Origin: a virus
Length of the DNA stretch: 63,234 nucleotides
Strand: one strand, 5' to 3'
Virus record (IMG/VR): IMGVR_UViG_3300045988_163731
In this document: in pieces, positions 16,758 through 27,593 of the stretch
Position numbering within the stretch: the first letter of the stretch is position 1
Layout: each line of letters begins with the position of its first letter
The notes under the pieces: model-generated
Database searches by the model: none
What the model was told of the DNA's origin: nothing
Seen by the model: the letters and a program-made list of their open reading frames with translations, nothing else
Translations under genes and position numbers: made by a program

Positions 16758-18956
16758 ATGGAGATAACAGAGGGGTTAGAGATTCTGCAAGGCAGTATAA
16801 AGCAGCCTAGACAGGAAGTGTCTCTAAAAACCCTAAAGAAAAAGGAAAAAGAAAAAATCATGGCTGCTTACAAGCGAAGTCGTGATTCTGCGGAGAAATT
16901 CTATCAAGGCTCAATAGAGCCGTCCTTGATACGGAGGAAGAAAATCTATGACGCTCCCAAAGAATTTTTCAGAAAGAAGTTTCCAAAAATATCTGAGTTA
17001 TCCGATTGGATTAGCCGTGATGTTAAGACCACCATAGATTGGATGTTACCATCTATCATGGAAGTTTTTATTGGCACCGACGACCCTTGCGATATTAAAG
17101 GGCAGTCACTACAGGATGATATAGCAGCCAAAAAGCTACAGTCCATTGTGAAGTACCAGATAAACAAAAAGAATGACTATTTCAGATTCCTCTATTCTTT
17201 CATCAAAGAGGGATTGATTACTAACCTGGGAGTGGCCAAAGTTTACTGGGAGCGGGACGAGACCAGAAATGAAATGGAAGTCATGGTGGATAGTTCCAAT
17301 CTGGACCAATTCTTACAGCTGGAGCAGATGGGGAAAATCGAAATCAAGGAAATGACTATCATAGATGGGCTTGCAGCTATCATTAAGTATGATGAAATAA
17401 AGACTCATTTTAATAACCCTGTTATTGAGAACATGAGTCCGTCAGAACTTCGCTTCACTCCCGATGGGCACACCTTGGCTGAAAGCAAATTTGTAGCCCA
17501 GCGCAAAATGGTCAAAGGAAGCTACCTGAAAAGCAAAGAGCTAGAGGGTGTGTTTCAAGATGTTGATAAAGCCATTAAGGAAGCTGACGACCGCAAGCGT
17601 ACAGGCTACGACCAGTACACCAATAAGTATTTTGATTCCTATGGCAATTTCCTAAACGATGATGATAATGCTTCTAAGGACTTAGTTCTCTATGAGGCAT
17701 ATCTTGATGTTGACTACAACAATGATGGAATATTGGAAAAGGTCATTGTTCATGCTGTTGGCGATGTGCCAATCGCAATACAAGAAAACACCTTTAGAAG
17801 TGTTCCGTTCTTTATCTTTGCCCCTGAGCCTGACCCATATATCCCGTATGGAGAGACTTCATATGCTGATACCTTGGAACAGTTACAGGATTTGAAAACT
17901 GTGCTGATAAGGCAGGTTATCATTGCGGTGGCCAAGAATAATCGACCACAGATGTTCGTTGCAGAACATAAGGTAGACACTGACGCTCTCATTGATGGTG
18001 ATGAGCTTATACCCGTAAGGGACGGGAGTCCAGCGGAGGCTGTCATGTACAGCCCACATATTCCTCTGGACCCTATCACAATGACTCTTGTACAGTACGC
18101 ACAGAATGACATTGAAAGTCAGAGTGGCAGTACAAGGTATAATCAGGGACTTGACTCAAACAGCCTAAACAAAACCGCAAGTGGTATCAACGCTGTAATG
18201 GGTGCTGCTGACAAGAAAATGAAGCTGATAGCACGTATCTTTGCCGAATGTGCATGGGTGCCTATTATCAAGCATATCATTAAGCTGGACCAGCAATTCT
18301 TGGACCCTTATCAGCAGTTTAGGCTAAATGATGAAATGGTCAATATCTCCCCAGAGGAGCTAGATATTGACTATGACTTGGTTGTTAATACAGGCCAGGG
18401 CGCCGCCACAAAAGAAGCCCAAATGAATTATTTAATCATGATAATGCAGCAGCTTTATCCTGCCTTGCAGAATATGGGTGTTGCTACTGAAAAATCATGG
18501 TATGAGACGGCTAAGGACCTGTTGGAGAAAATGGGAATCCGCAATGTGCAGAATTATCTCATTGACCCAGATAGCGACCAGTGGAAGCAGGCACAGGTAC
18601 AGAAACAGCAGGCAGCAGAGCAGGCTGAACAGAAACAGCTTGATACTATGCTAATGCTCCAAAAGGTTAAATTGGAATCTGAATTGCAGAGACAGTCAAT
18701 ACCTCGCATGAATATGACCTCTAATTATAGGGATTTGCCTGTAGAAGCCAAGCAAAGCTATATAGACCAATACTTAAAAGAAAGAGTCCCTGAACCTGAT
18801 ATTTGGGTAAAGGAATTGATGGATGTGTTAGGAGGAAGTTATGCCAAGAGGAATAGCACGCTCCCGAACGGAGCAAAAGAAAGAGAACCTCGCCAAGGTC
18901 AAGAAAGCGGGGCAGGCAGAGGAACTGTTAGCAATGTTATCAGAACTCAAAGCTGA
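16758..18956 (+). CDS. Portal protein (assignment based on position and size)
   Basis: About 730 aa, immediately after terL. RBS GAGAGGAGGAG before the ATG at 16758. C-terminal Q-rich helical region. Confidence 0.6.
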   Translation: MEITEGLEILQGSIKQPRQEVSLKTLKKKEKEKIMAAYKRSRDSAEKFYQGSIEPSLIRRKKIYDAPKEFFRKKFPKISELSDWISRDVKTTIDWMLPSIMEVFIGTDDPCDIKGQSLQDDIAAKKLQSIVKYQINKKNDYFRFLYSFIKEGLITNLGVAKVYWERDETRNEMEVMVDSSNLDQFLQLEQMGKIEIKEMTIIDGLAAIIKYDEIKTHFNNPVIENMSPSELRFTPDGHTLAESKFVAQRKMVKGSYLKSKELEGVFQDVDKAIKEADDRKRTGYDQYTNKYFDSYGNFLNDDDNASKDLVLYEAYLDVDYNNDGILEKVIVHAVGDVPIAIQENTFRSVPFFIFAPEPDPYIPYGETSYADTLEQLQDLKTVLIRQVIIAVAKNNRPQMFVAEHKVDTDALIDGDELIPVRDGSPAEAVMYSPHIPLDPITMTLVQYAQNDIESQSGSTRYNQGLDSNSLNKTASGINAVMGAADKKMKLIARIFAECAWVPIIKHIIKLDQQFLDPYQQFRLNDEMVNISPEELDIDYDLVVNTGQGAATKEAQMNYLIMIMQQLYPALQNMGVATEKSWYETAKDLLEKMGIRNVQNYLIDPDSDQWKQAQVQKQQAAEQAEQKQLDTMLMLQKVKLESELQRQSIPRMNMTSNYRDLPVEAKQSYIDQYLKERVPEPDIWVKELMDVLGGSYAKRNSTLPNGAKEREPRQGQESGAGRGTVSNVIRTQS

Positions 18957-19119
18957 TATTGAGAGGCGGATTTTGAGCCAGATAGCTAAACAGCCAGTGT
19001 GTGACCTTGAAAGTATTCAGTATGAATACAAGGCTTGTCACATGATAATGGATATGCTTCATTCCACTGTGGTTGCTGGTAAGCTGGCTGAGGATAAGTT
19101 AAAGAAAGAGGAGGAGTAA
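18841..19119 (+). CDS. Small coiled-coil protein overlapping the portal 3' end
   Basis: Strong RBS TTAGGAGGAAGTT before the ATG. Confidence 0.4.
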   Translation: MPRGIARSRTEQKKENLAKVKKAGQAEELLAMLSELKADIERRILSQIAKQPVCDLESIQYEYKACHMIMDMLHSTVVAGKLAEDKLKKEEE

Positions 19120-19122
19120 AAC

Positions 19123-20181
19123 ATGGGAGACGAAATGACAGTTAATACCGATGTAACACCAAAGGAAGCACCGGCAACAGAGCCTACTCCAGAGGCTGGT
19201 GGCGAAAGCCATGTTGAAAGCCATGATGATGGTGGTACAAAGTTCACATTTTCAGTTGATGAAAACGGAAATCGTTCTTTGAGCTTGGGAGAGGATAAAC
19301 CTACTGAGCCAGAGGTGCCACAGGAGAGCAATGAACCTGCGGACAATCCACCACAGGAAAATCTTACAGAACCAGCCGTACAGCCTTATGAGAATATGGA
19401 GCAGGTTGTTCAGGCTGCGGGTGCAGGCAATCTTGACCCAGCCAGGCTGACACAAGAACAGCAGCAGTCTATTATTGCTTTACAGCAGAGACAGCAGATG
19501 GAACAACAGCGGCAGCAGTTCATGGCTCAACAGCAGGCGGCAGCCGAGCAGGCACGTCAGCAGGCATTTAGTCAGCTGGCAGTACAGGCCAAAGCGGCTG
19601 CAATGCAGGAGCTAGGCATTAGTGATGATGATTTGACCAATGCTGACTTTATGGAAGATGGTGCTGAGAAAAAGACTAAATTCGAGGCTCTCTACAACAA
19701 GAAGTTGTTAGAGGGGCAGTACAATTACATTCAGAATGAGGTTGTACAGCAGCAGAGAATGGAGGCCTACAATCAGGGCGTTAATGAAATCCAGAGCTTC
19801 TGTGCCGATGAGCGGGTAAAGAATCCTCACTTCCAGCAGACAATTCAGCTGATGGAAACGGCTAAAAATACCATGCCATACAATGTGGCTGCTAAAATCT
19901 TTGCTGCGGAGCATAATATTCAGAATGGAGTATTGACACCTAACGACATTGCGACATTCCGTCAGTATTATGACCACTGCAAAAAGCTGGCCTATCAGAA
20001 TGCTGCTAATGTGACCACCAAGCCAAAGCCTACCGCAAGCGTTCCAAATGTTGAGCGCGCCGGCACCACACAGAACAATGCCGATGTACCACATCTCAAC
20101 ACGGTTAATCTTAGAAGTATGAATCAGTATCAGCGAGATAAAGTTATGCAAAACTATATTTCACAGCTGATAAGTAAATAA
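19123..20181 (+). CDS. Scaffolding protein (acidic N-terminus, Q/A-rich coiled-coil)
   Basis: Composition and position directly upstream of the major capsid gene. Confidence 0.6.
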   Translation: MGDEMTVNTDVTPKEAPATEPTPEAGGESHVESHDDGGTKFTFSVDENGNRSLSLGEDKPTEPEVPQESNEPADNPPQENLTEPAVQPYENMEQVVQAAGAGNLDPARLTQEQQQSIIALQQRQQMEQQRQQFMAQQQAAAEQARQQAFSQLAVQAKAAAMQELGISDDDLTNADFMEDGAEKKTKFEALYNKKLLEGQYNYIQNEVVQQQRMEAYNQGVNEIQSFCADERVKNPHFQQTIQLMETAKNTMPYNVAAKIFAAEHNIQNGVLTPNDIATFRQYYDHCKKLAYQNAANVTTKPKPTASVPNVERAGTTQNNADVPHLNTVNLRSMNQYQRDKVMQNYISQLISK

Positions 20182-20199
20182 TTAATTTTTAGAAAGGAT

Positions 20200-21396
20200 G
20201 TGCATAAAATGCCTATTCCAGAGAAAACAACTTCCCAGTCTGCCTCTTATTTGGCACAGGGTAGCTTGGAACGTGATATGTCAGAGGTGATTACGAACAT
20301 CAGCCCTGCCGATACCCCGTTCCTGTCCAATTTACCTGTTTATGATGAAGCCTACGAAATGAAGATTGAGTGGCAGACTGATGAACTATTGCCACCGGGC
20401 AAGAACCAGCGACCAGAGTTTGATGAGTACAAATTCCCAATGGCTGCTGGTGTTGGTCGTTTACACAATTTCTGTCAGATTATGGCTCAGAGCTGCAAGG
20501 TATCTGATGTAATGCAGAAGGCCCGCAAGACCTACAAGCCTAAAACTGATGAGCTTTCTCGTCAGATTACCAACTACAGCAAGAAACTTGCTTTTGATAT
20601 GGAGTACGCCATTATGAGCAATGCAGAGGCTCATGCAGAAGCTGGCAGCACTCTTGCTATGATGGGTGGTATTCCATACTTTATGAAAGAGGAACTGTTA
20701 GACGTTACATTGTCCACAACTGACGGCAGTGTTACGACCACACAGAAACATGGCTTGTCAACTGGTTCTTGGGTAATGCTCAAAGGAACTAAGCTGCCAA
20801 AGGAACTTACAGCAGGTCAGCGTTATTATGTTCGTTTAGACGATACAACGCCTGATACTAAGTTCACTCTGTTTAACAGCTTGCAGGACGCTGTAGAAAA
20901 GACTAATGGTATTTCTACTCTGACTGACGCTGGCACAGCAGTTAAAGTGTTAATCAACAATGTTGTGGACGCTGGCAATGCCAAGTTCACACTTGATATG
21001 ATTGACGACGCTATGGAGCTGGCTTACTATCGTGGTGGTCACCCTACACAGATTTGGCTTAACCCTACACAGAAGCGCCGGTTTAGCACCCTTGCACGTG
21101 AACTTCATACAGTAAACCGAAATCAGACTGACAAGAAGATTTCTGATGTGACAGATGTCTATGAATCTGATTTTGGTGTGCTGGAAGCAAAGTCCCACCT
21201 CAATTGCTCTGATGATAAGATTTTCCTTATGGACCCGTCTTATTGGGGCTTGCGGTATTTCACTAGACCACATCTGATTCCTAATAGCGAATTGGCCAAG
21301 ACAGGCTCTTATGAGAAGTTTGTTATTACTTCCACTTTGAGTCTACAGGCTTCTCAGCCTCTTGCCTCTGCTGTTATCAATAATGTAGCACGCTGA
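20200..21396 (+). CDS. Major capsid protein (by position and size)
   Basis: About 395 aa after the scaffold gene. A strong terminator follows. Confidence 0.6.
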   Translation: MHKMPIPEKTTSQSASYLAQGSLERDMSEVITNISPADTPFLSNLPVYDEAYEMKIEWQTDELLPPGKNQRPEFDEYKFPMAAGVGRLHNFCQIMAQSCKVSDVMQKARKTYKPKTDELSRQITNYSKKLAFDMEYAIMSNAEAHAEAGSTLAMMGGIPYFMKEELLDVTLSTTDGSVTTTQKHGLSTGSWVMLKGTKLPKELTAGQRYYVRLDDTTPDTKFTLFNSLQDAVEKTNGISTLTDAGTAVKVLINNVVDAGNAKFTLDMIDDAMELAYYRGGHPTQIWLNPTQKRRFSTLARELHTVNRNQTDKKISDVTDVYESDFGVLEAKSHLNCSDDKIFLMDPSYWGLRYFTRPHLIPNSELAKTGSYEKFVITSTLSLQASQPLASAVINNVAR

Positions 21397-21417
21397 TTTT
21401 TTCTTTTCCGGTACATA

Positions 21418-21455
21418 GGAATAGCCCCTTTTTATTAGGGGCTATTTTTATTTTA
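21418..21455 (+). terminator. Rho-independent terminator after the capsid gene
   Basis: AATAGCCCC-TTTTTATTA-GGGGCTATT followed by TTTATTTT. Confidence 0.6.
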
Positions 21456-21469
21456 TGGAGGTGAGACGA

Positions 21470-21781
21470 ATGATTACAAAGCAGGAAGTTGATATTGACG
21501 GAGACAAAATAAGACTGCGAAATACTTTTGATATTGCTGCGGCAAAGGAAGCAGCACACGAGGCCACACAGGAGGGAGATAGCCGTAAGGCTACTTATAA
21601 ATGCATGGGTTACATACCGCCTGAAATGTGGCAGTATGACCCGTGGCTTATACAAGCACGCAAGGCACAGATAGCCGGAGATAGACAGGAATATGCTGAT
21701 TTGCTGCGGAGATTTTTTGATGTGCACAAAGCTCTTAGAGTCACACAAAAAAAGCATTACTTTAATGGGGTGAAATTATGA
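21470..21781 (+). CDS. Hypothetical virion-module protein
   Basis: RBS GGAGGTGA before the ATG at 21470. Confidence 0.5.
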   Translation: MITKQEVDIDGDKIRLRNTFDIAAAKEAAHEATQEGDSRKATYKCMGYIPPEMWQYDPWLIQARKAQIAGDRQEYADLLRRFFDVHKALRVTQKKHYFNGVKL

Positions 21782-22368
21782 TTGCGGTAAAGAATATTTT
21801 CAAGCAGATTCGTATTGACCTCAAAGATATTAATGAGGTTCAGTATTCTGACTGGGATTTAGAAAATGCCATGAACAAAGCTATACGGCTTATGGCCAAC
21901 CACTACTCCATGCATAATACCGACTTTCTGACAAAGTCTATTTTGATTTGTGATACCCCAACCAAACAGCATTTTGCTCCACCTATCAGCGAGCAAATAG
22001 CAGAGAGACTGCACAGCAGTTCATTGCCGGAGGATTTTGTTTCCATAGTGAAAGTTATTCGCCCGGATGGTTATGAATTGCATCCGTCAACAGGCCATTT
22101 GGATGAGCGGAAATATCTTATCTATCGTGGTTGCATTTTTACCCTGGGACCGGTATTGCTGTTCTACAGTTACACACTACCAAATTACAGCAAAGACGAT
22201 ACCGTTGACTTGCCTGTACCATTCTTTGATTTTATCGTGGAGGCCACAAAGATTGTGCTGACTGAAAACTTTTCAGCATTGACAGAATTTATCAATGATA
22301 ATGCAGAGAAGATGATTCCAGCTAGGCGGCTGACAAATGCTAGAGTGCGTTTGCCTTGGAGGGTTTAG
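21778..22368 (+). CDS. Hypothetical head-tail joining-region protein
   Basis: ORF. Its ATGA overlaps the previous stop. Confidence 0.5.
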   Translation: MIAVKNIFKQIRIDLKDINEVQYSDWDLENAMNKAIRLMANHYSMHNTDFLTKSILICDTPTKQHFAPPISEQIAERLHSSSLPEDFVSIVKVIRPDGYELHPSTGHLDERKYLIYRGCIFTLGPVLLFYSYTLPNYSKDDTVDLPVPFFDFIVEATKIVLTENFSALTEFINDNAEKMIPARRLTNARVRLPWRV

Positions 22369-22370
22369 CC

Positions 22371-22859
22371 ATGTTAGTAAGTGAAGCAATGAAACGGATT
22401 CGTTACCGGATTAACGATGATTCTGACACAGGCTACCTTGACGATGTGCTGATAAATTACATTAACGACTCAATCAAGTATTTGTCCCATGCTTTGATAG
22501 CAAGGAACGACCCGATATTGATTAATGAGTTAAGAGTCAGTAAAAACATCGAAAACAAAGTGCCGGATAACTTTGTTAGATTTGCAGGCGGTTTCCCTGT
22601 TGTCAAGAAAGGCAAAAGGTTTTTCCTGGCTGATGATGAAAGTGATTATGTAAACACAAAATACTTCTCTATTCCTCGTGAGGTGGTCTCTGATAGCGAT
22701 GAATTGCCATTCGAGGGTAACGATACCTACCATGCAATTATCATCGACCTAGCGGTAATATATGCCCTCAATCAGCATGAATTTAACGTTGAAAGAGATA
22801 CTGCTATGAGACAGGAACTGGAACAGATTGTTACGCAAGCATTAGGGACGGTGGGCTAA
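22371..22859 (+). CDS. Hypothetical head-tail joining-region protein
   Basis: RBS GGAGGG before the ATG at 22371. Confidence 0.5.
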   Translation: MLVSEAMKRIRYRINDDSDTGYLDDVLINYINDSIKYLSHALIARNDPILINELRVSKNIENKVPDNFVRFAGGFPVVKKGKRFFLADDESDYVNTKYFSIPREVVSDSDELPFEGNDTYHAIIIDLAVIYALNQHEFNVERDTAMRQELEQIVTQALGTVG

Positions 22860-24512
22860 ATGAATTTAAGTTCTAAACACCAACAGAATATTGTTTCTTA
22901 TGGCGATTTCACAGGTGGCTTAAATACCACCACAGTACCAGATATGATTGCTGATAATCAGATGGCTGACTGCGTGAACATGGAGTTCAACCGCACCACA
23001 GGTGCACTACAGACCTGCTGCGGTACTGCTACAGTGTTCCAATGCCCTGACAATATTACCATAGACAAATTGTTTTATGATGAGGTAAACAATGTATTCC
23101 TGTTTACTGATAAGAACACAAAGGCCGTTTATAAAAGTTGCCTTGTAGACATGAGCGGAACTCACATCTATGACAGGGAAAAGGTCGGTTCATTGTCTGG
23201 GAATAAGTCTCCTACAGCTGTTATGTGGGATAATGGCTTGATTATTGCCAGCGGTGGCAGGCTACAGTATTGGAATGGTACGGAGCTGACCACCATAAGA
23301 ATTACCTTTGAGGACGAACAGAATGTTTATCAGTGGGAACAGGTAGAGTCATTGCCTGAAAATACAGTAGCCAATGACTTTTCCCTGGAAACTAATTATA
23401 CCAAAGATGTAAGTTACGTTCGATATAACAATAAGTATTACAAATGCAAAGAAACACACACATCAATTTCTGATTCCCCATCCAAGTGTAATGGTGTGTT
23501 TATTAAGAATGGACGCATTTACACATGGTATGAATACAGATTGCAATGCTCATGTGTGGGCGATATGCGTGGCTGGTACGATGTCAGCAGCGATGATTCT
23601 ACTTCTAAATGGGTTGATATTGGTTATAAAGAGGGCGAGCGGGAGCAGGCATACATTGCTGGTGCCTGTGCATTGTCCTCTGATATTGTAATTATTAAGA
23701 ATGATGGCAAGGTTTATAGACTTGCAGGGGACTACCCCGATTGGACACTGAAAGAAATAGCACGTAATATAACGTGTCTTAACCCACAGTGTTTTACAGC
23801 TGTGCAGGACGGAGTGTTCATAGTTGGCCGTGAGGGTATGTTCTTCCTACAGACCACAGTTGACTATGGCGATGTAAGACCGGCCAATATAGCAAATGGC
23901 ATACTTTCCCTACTATCTACCCTCTCGGTAGAAACAAGCTGGGTAAAGTTTCTGCCAGCATTAAATCAGATTTGGATAGCAGGTTATGAGAATAGATTTA
24001 TTTGCTATGACCTGTCATTCAAAGCATTTTTTCAAAGAAAATTCTATTCCGCTGTAAACGATGTCTGCCCTTACAAGGACTATTTCATGTTGACCAGGGC
24101 ACACAAAGTTGTAGAGCTTTTTGCAGGGATTTACCTTGACGAAAAGTATTCCGAGGACGAAAGCAAGATGGAATGGGCAATGACGGCCAAGAGCCATACT
24201 TCCTTTTATGATTTCTTACTTAAAAGGATTCGTATTACCTATGCGCCTTTGCTGGACGAGTTCGATAGGGCGCAGATGATAACAGCGGAAAACAAAATAA
24301 AGATTGACTTAAAAGAGGCCAACGAAAAGGCTTCTAGGATATATGCAGATGATACCCCTATCATGGAGGACACACGGAATTTGTTCCCAATGAATACACA
24401 GTTTGCCACAAAGTGGCTGGTGTATAGGAAGAATATGTTTGGTGTAGGCTTAGAGGGTGAGGGGTCAGCTGTATTAATAAACCGCATTGATATGGCGGTA
24501 GCAGAGGTATAA
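22860..24512 (+). CDS. Putative tail/virion structural protein
   Basis: 550-aa ORF in the late operon. Confidence 0.45.
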   Translation: MNLSSKHQQNIVSYGDFTGGLNTTTVPDMIADNQMADCVNMEFNRTTGALQTCCGTATVFQCPDNITIDKLFYDEVNNVFLFTDKNTKAVYKSCLVDMSGTHIYDREKVGSLSGNKSPTAVMWDNGLIIASGGRLQYWNGTELTTIRITFEDEQNVYQWEQVESLPENTVANDFSLETNYTKDVSYVRYNNKYYKCKETHTSISDSPSKCNGVFIKNGRIYTWYEYRLQCSCVGDMRGWYDVSSDDSTSKWVDIGYKEGEREQAYIAGACALSSDIVIIKNDGKVYRLAGDYPDWTLKEIARNITCLNPQCFTAVQDGVFIVGREGMFFLQTTVDYGDVRPANIANGILSLLSTLSVETSWVKFLPALNQIWIAGYENRFICYDLSFKAFFQRKFYSAVNDVCPYKDYFMLTRAHKVVELFAGIYLDEKYSEDESKMEWAMTAKSHTSFYDFLLKRIRITYAPLLDEFDRAQMITAENKIKIDLKEANEKASRIYADDTPIMEDTRNLFPMNTQFATKWLVYRKNMFGVGLEGEGSAVLINRIDMAVAEV

Positions 24513-24520
24513 GGAGTGAT

Positions 24521-26464
24521 TTGATGGCAGTAACATTATCTTCTACAGCAAATGGCACATTGAGTAGTGACCTGCTCATAAGCGGTACGCTGAAAATAAC
24601 AGGAGCATTAAATGATGGCACAGAGTCATTAGCGGTATCATTGTATAATGACAATACAGGAGCCACATTTACAGCCTCTGCCCACACCTACAGCAACAGC
24701 CAGACAGTGACTTATTCTTATGCCAATGGCTCCACCATGTCTATTAACCTCAATACTGGCGCATGGGTGTATCAGAGAATTAATAGCGAGGTTGGCAATG
24801 ATAAATACAAATATGTATTTACATTTACCTGGACAGATGGTAACGGCACGCAGACTAATGTGTTGAATGTTGAAACCAAAGAAAACATCACGATTAATGA
24901 ATTTTCTGCCAATGCCCTAGACGACCTCGATGAAACCATTACCGGTAAATGTGATGTGGATATTATTAAGCCAGCAGGGCTAAAGGCAGCCGTTGAAGTT
25001 ACCGCAAACAGTACTAATATGAGCGGTGAGGAAAAGGAAATCACAACTGCTACAGATGTGCTTACCTGGACTTTGCTAGATGATACTGTTTTCACGCTGG
25101 ACTTAGGTAACAAGAAGTTTACCTGCACCAGAAAGGCCGATAACATTGGCGATATGAAGTCTGATGTTTATAGCATAAAAGTATCAATAGGCACTGTAAA
25201 TGCACAGCTAGGCATTATCTCTAATGTGGGATTTCCACCAGATATACAGGACTTCTCTACAGGGAAAGTGTCTGATACGGATACCACCATAAAAGGAACT
25301 TTCAATGCTACCAACATGGATAATTCTGCTGCTAGAGTAACAGTAATTCATAATGGCTATTTGCAGTCAGCAGAAAACAAAGACTATGCTGACACAATGG
25401 AGTGGACCTACAAAGACGGCACCAAGTTTACCTTGAACCCAAAGGATAAGACGTGGACTTACGATAGAGCACAGGCTGACACAACAGACCTACAGCCGGA
25501 TATTTATGTTTTTGAAATTGACATATCCAGCAGATACGGCAAGGATACTGCCACGCTGAATGTTACCACAGACATACCTAAAGCAGAAATTGTTTCTTTC
25601 GTAGCAGAGAATATTGGCGATGATGAGAACCTTATCAACGGAACATTGGAATATACCATGCCTTCCATAGTTCATAACCCAACTATCCGCATTGATGTGA
25701 CAGTTAATGGTATTGCTTATGTTACTACACCATTGCCGATAACTGACCAGGCATTATCCTTTGAATATAGCAATGGTGCAAAGCTGGTAGTCAATCCTGC
25801 TAGCCACACATTCACATACACAAGGGATAGTAATGAGGTAGGCAACAATGAGCCTGACAGCTATGCGTTTGAATTGTCTATAGCGGTAAATGGGCAGACT
25901 ACTACCCAGACTGCTACATCAAAGAGTATGGCTGGCCAAAGAGTTTATGACTATGAGCCTGCCTATCCTGTCAATGTAGCACCTGGCAGTGTTGAACGGC
26001 AAAATACAGCATGGCCAAAGTATGTCATGGAAATTCAGCGAATCTACAGACAGTTCAACGAGAACTTGAACTATTACGAAGCTCTAGCGAACGAGCTAAA
26101 GAAGCAGGTTGCAGAGCTGAAAACCTATGTAGATAATAGGTTCACTGATTATGATAAGACTTTGGATGCTGCGGTAAAGAAACTATCCGCTATCCGTGTT
26201 AAAGCTATTACCGGTGTCGCATATCATGGCGACACAATCCCAGTCCCAGATGGCTCAAAACGTGAGAATTGCGTGTGTCTTGTCAGCTTAAAAGAATGGT
26301 CAAATACACACTCTGACAATAAATATACTTACGATATGTATATTTGGGTAGACCCAAACGGAGTGCTTACTTGTTATACTAAAACTTCTGGCCGTAATGG
26401 CTCAGGAGGTACTTACCCAGGCTGGGCAAATTATCTCGTTATAGATGTTACAACATTAATTTGA
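24521..26464 (+). CDS. Putative tail fibre / host-recognition protein with four tandem beta-sandwich-like repeats of about 110 aa and a C-terminal coiled-coil
   Basis: Repeats end in TVTYSYANGSTMSINLNTGAWVYQR, TDVLTWTLLDDTVFTLDLGNKKFTCTR, TMEWTYKDGTKFTLNPKDKTWTYDR and ALSFEYSNGAKLVVNPASHTFTYTR. Each repeat carries a PD.Y.F block. Confidence 0.5.
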   Translation: MMAVTLSSTANGTLSSDLLISGTLKITGALNDGTESLAVSLYNDNTGATFTASAHTYSNSQTVTYSYANGSTMSINLNTGAWVYQRINSEVGNDKYKYVFTFTWTDGNGTQTNVLNVETKENITINEFSANALDDLDETITGKCDVDIIKPAGLKAAVEVTANSTNMSGEEKEITTATDVLTWTLLDDTVFTLDLGNKKFTCTRKADNIGDMKSDVYSIKVSIGTVNAQLGIISNVGFPPDIQDFSTGKVSDTDTTIKGTFNATNMDNSAARVTVIHNGYLQSAENKDYADTMEWTYKDGTKFTLNPKDKTWTYDRAQADTTDLQPDIYVFEIDISSRYGKDTATLNVTTDIPKAEIVSFVAENIGDDENLINGTLEYTMPSIVHNPTIRIDVTVNGIAYVTTPLPITDQALSFEYSNGAKLVVNPASHTFTYTRDSNEVGNNEPDSYAFELSIAVNGQTTTQTATSKSMAGQRVYDYEPAYPVNVAPGSVERQNTAWPKYVMEIQRIYRQFNENLNYYEALANELKKQVAELKTYVDNRFTDYDKTLDAAVKKLSAIRVKAITGVAYHGDTIPVPDGSKRENCVCLVSLKEWSNTHSDNKYTYDMYIWVDPNGVLTCYTKTSGRNGSGGTYPGWANYLVIDVTTLI

Positions 26465-26475
26465 GGGCACTTCAT

Positions 26476-26889
26476 ATGAGCAAAACATTAGAAGAATACA
26501 TACAAATGTATGAAAAACACACAGGTGAGAAGTTTCAGTTTAACACTGGCTTCTCATTTTTTTATGAGCCAGAACATGGCTTGTGCGAATACAAAATTGA
26601 GGATACAGGCCTTTACTTTTGGCAGATGTGTGGTGACTTAAAGTATTGGGTTGACATTGGTTATAAGGTGTGCCAGCAGTTTGAATTATCATCAATGTCT
26701 GCCTATATCCTGCGGAAGCCTAAACCTTTCATCAGGGCATTGGGATTCAAAATAGAGAGTGAGGAGTGCAAGGATAGGTACAGGCGGTATCACTGCATAA
26801 ATAAAGCAGGCGAGAAGCTGACCGCTACCCAATATGGGAAGAAGTATATTTTTGTTTGGCAGATTCGAGGTGACCAAAACAATGAATGA
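26476..26889 (+). CDS. Hypothetical protein
   Basis: ORF in the late operon. Confidence 0.4.
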   Translation: MSKTLEEYIQMYEKHTGEKFQFNTGFSFFYEPEHGLCEYKIEDTGLYFWQMCGDLKYWVDIGYKVCQQFELSSMSAYILRKPKPFIRALGFKIESEECKDRYRRYHCINKAGEKLTATQYGKKYIFVWQIRGDQNNE

Positions 26890-27577
26890 TTTTAAATTCG
26901 ACCTCCAACTATTCGGCGGAGGAGGTGGTGGCAAAGGCGGTGGAGGAGGTTCTTCTTCTTCATCTTCTTATACGCCTAGTGCACAAGAATTGCAGATAAT
27001 GGAGTACATGAAAGATAATGCCACTAATGCTCAAACTGGCATTACTTCTATGCTTAATCAGTTTAACACAGGAGTAAAAAGCGATGCTTTCAACAATCTG
27101 CTGGGCCAATCAAGTGGCATGATTCAAAGTGGACAGAACACTTATGGTGACTTGCTAAATGGCAAATTACCAACGGCTTACACAGAGAACATGGCTGACG
27201 CTATAAAGTCAGGAGTCAACAGTACAGTAGGTTCTAATATTACCAGTCTTGCTAATCGAGGGGTGCTGAACAGCTCTGTAACTAACAAGGCACTTAATGA
27301 TGTAGAGGGCAATGTAGCAAATGCAATGGCTCAAAACTACAACCAGAATGTCAGCCAGCTTGGCAACTTGGCAGGTCAGCAGATTCAGGCTGCTACAGCA
27401 GGTTATCAGCCATACAGTACCTTGGCTCAATTGGCACAGGGACAGGCTAATACCTTTATTAACAGCCCTGTTAGTGCTTTGCGTGGCAGTGGTACGACTA
27501 AATCTAGTCAGAATAGCGACCCAGGCTTAATGGGTACGATTGGTATGGGCATGAAGATTGCCTCTTTGTTTGCATGA
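26882..27577 (+). CDS. Low-complexity (G/S/N/Q-rich) putative internal virion protein
   Basis: RBS GAGGTGA before the ATG at 26882. Sequence MNDFKFDLQLFGGGGGG. Confidence 0.45.
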   Translation: MNDFKFDLQLFGGGGGGKGGGGGSSSSSSYTPSAQELQIMEYMKDNATNAQTGITSMLNQFNTGVKSDAFNNLLGQSSGMIQSGQNTYGDLLNGKLPTAYTENMADAIKSGVNSTVGSNITSLANRGVLNSSVTNKALNDVEGNVANAMAQNYNQNVSQLGNLAGQQIQAATAGYQPYSTLAQLAQGQANTFINSPVSALRGSGTTKSSQNSDPGLMGTIGMGMKIASLFA

Positions 27578-27593
27578 TAGGAGTGATATAAAT

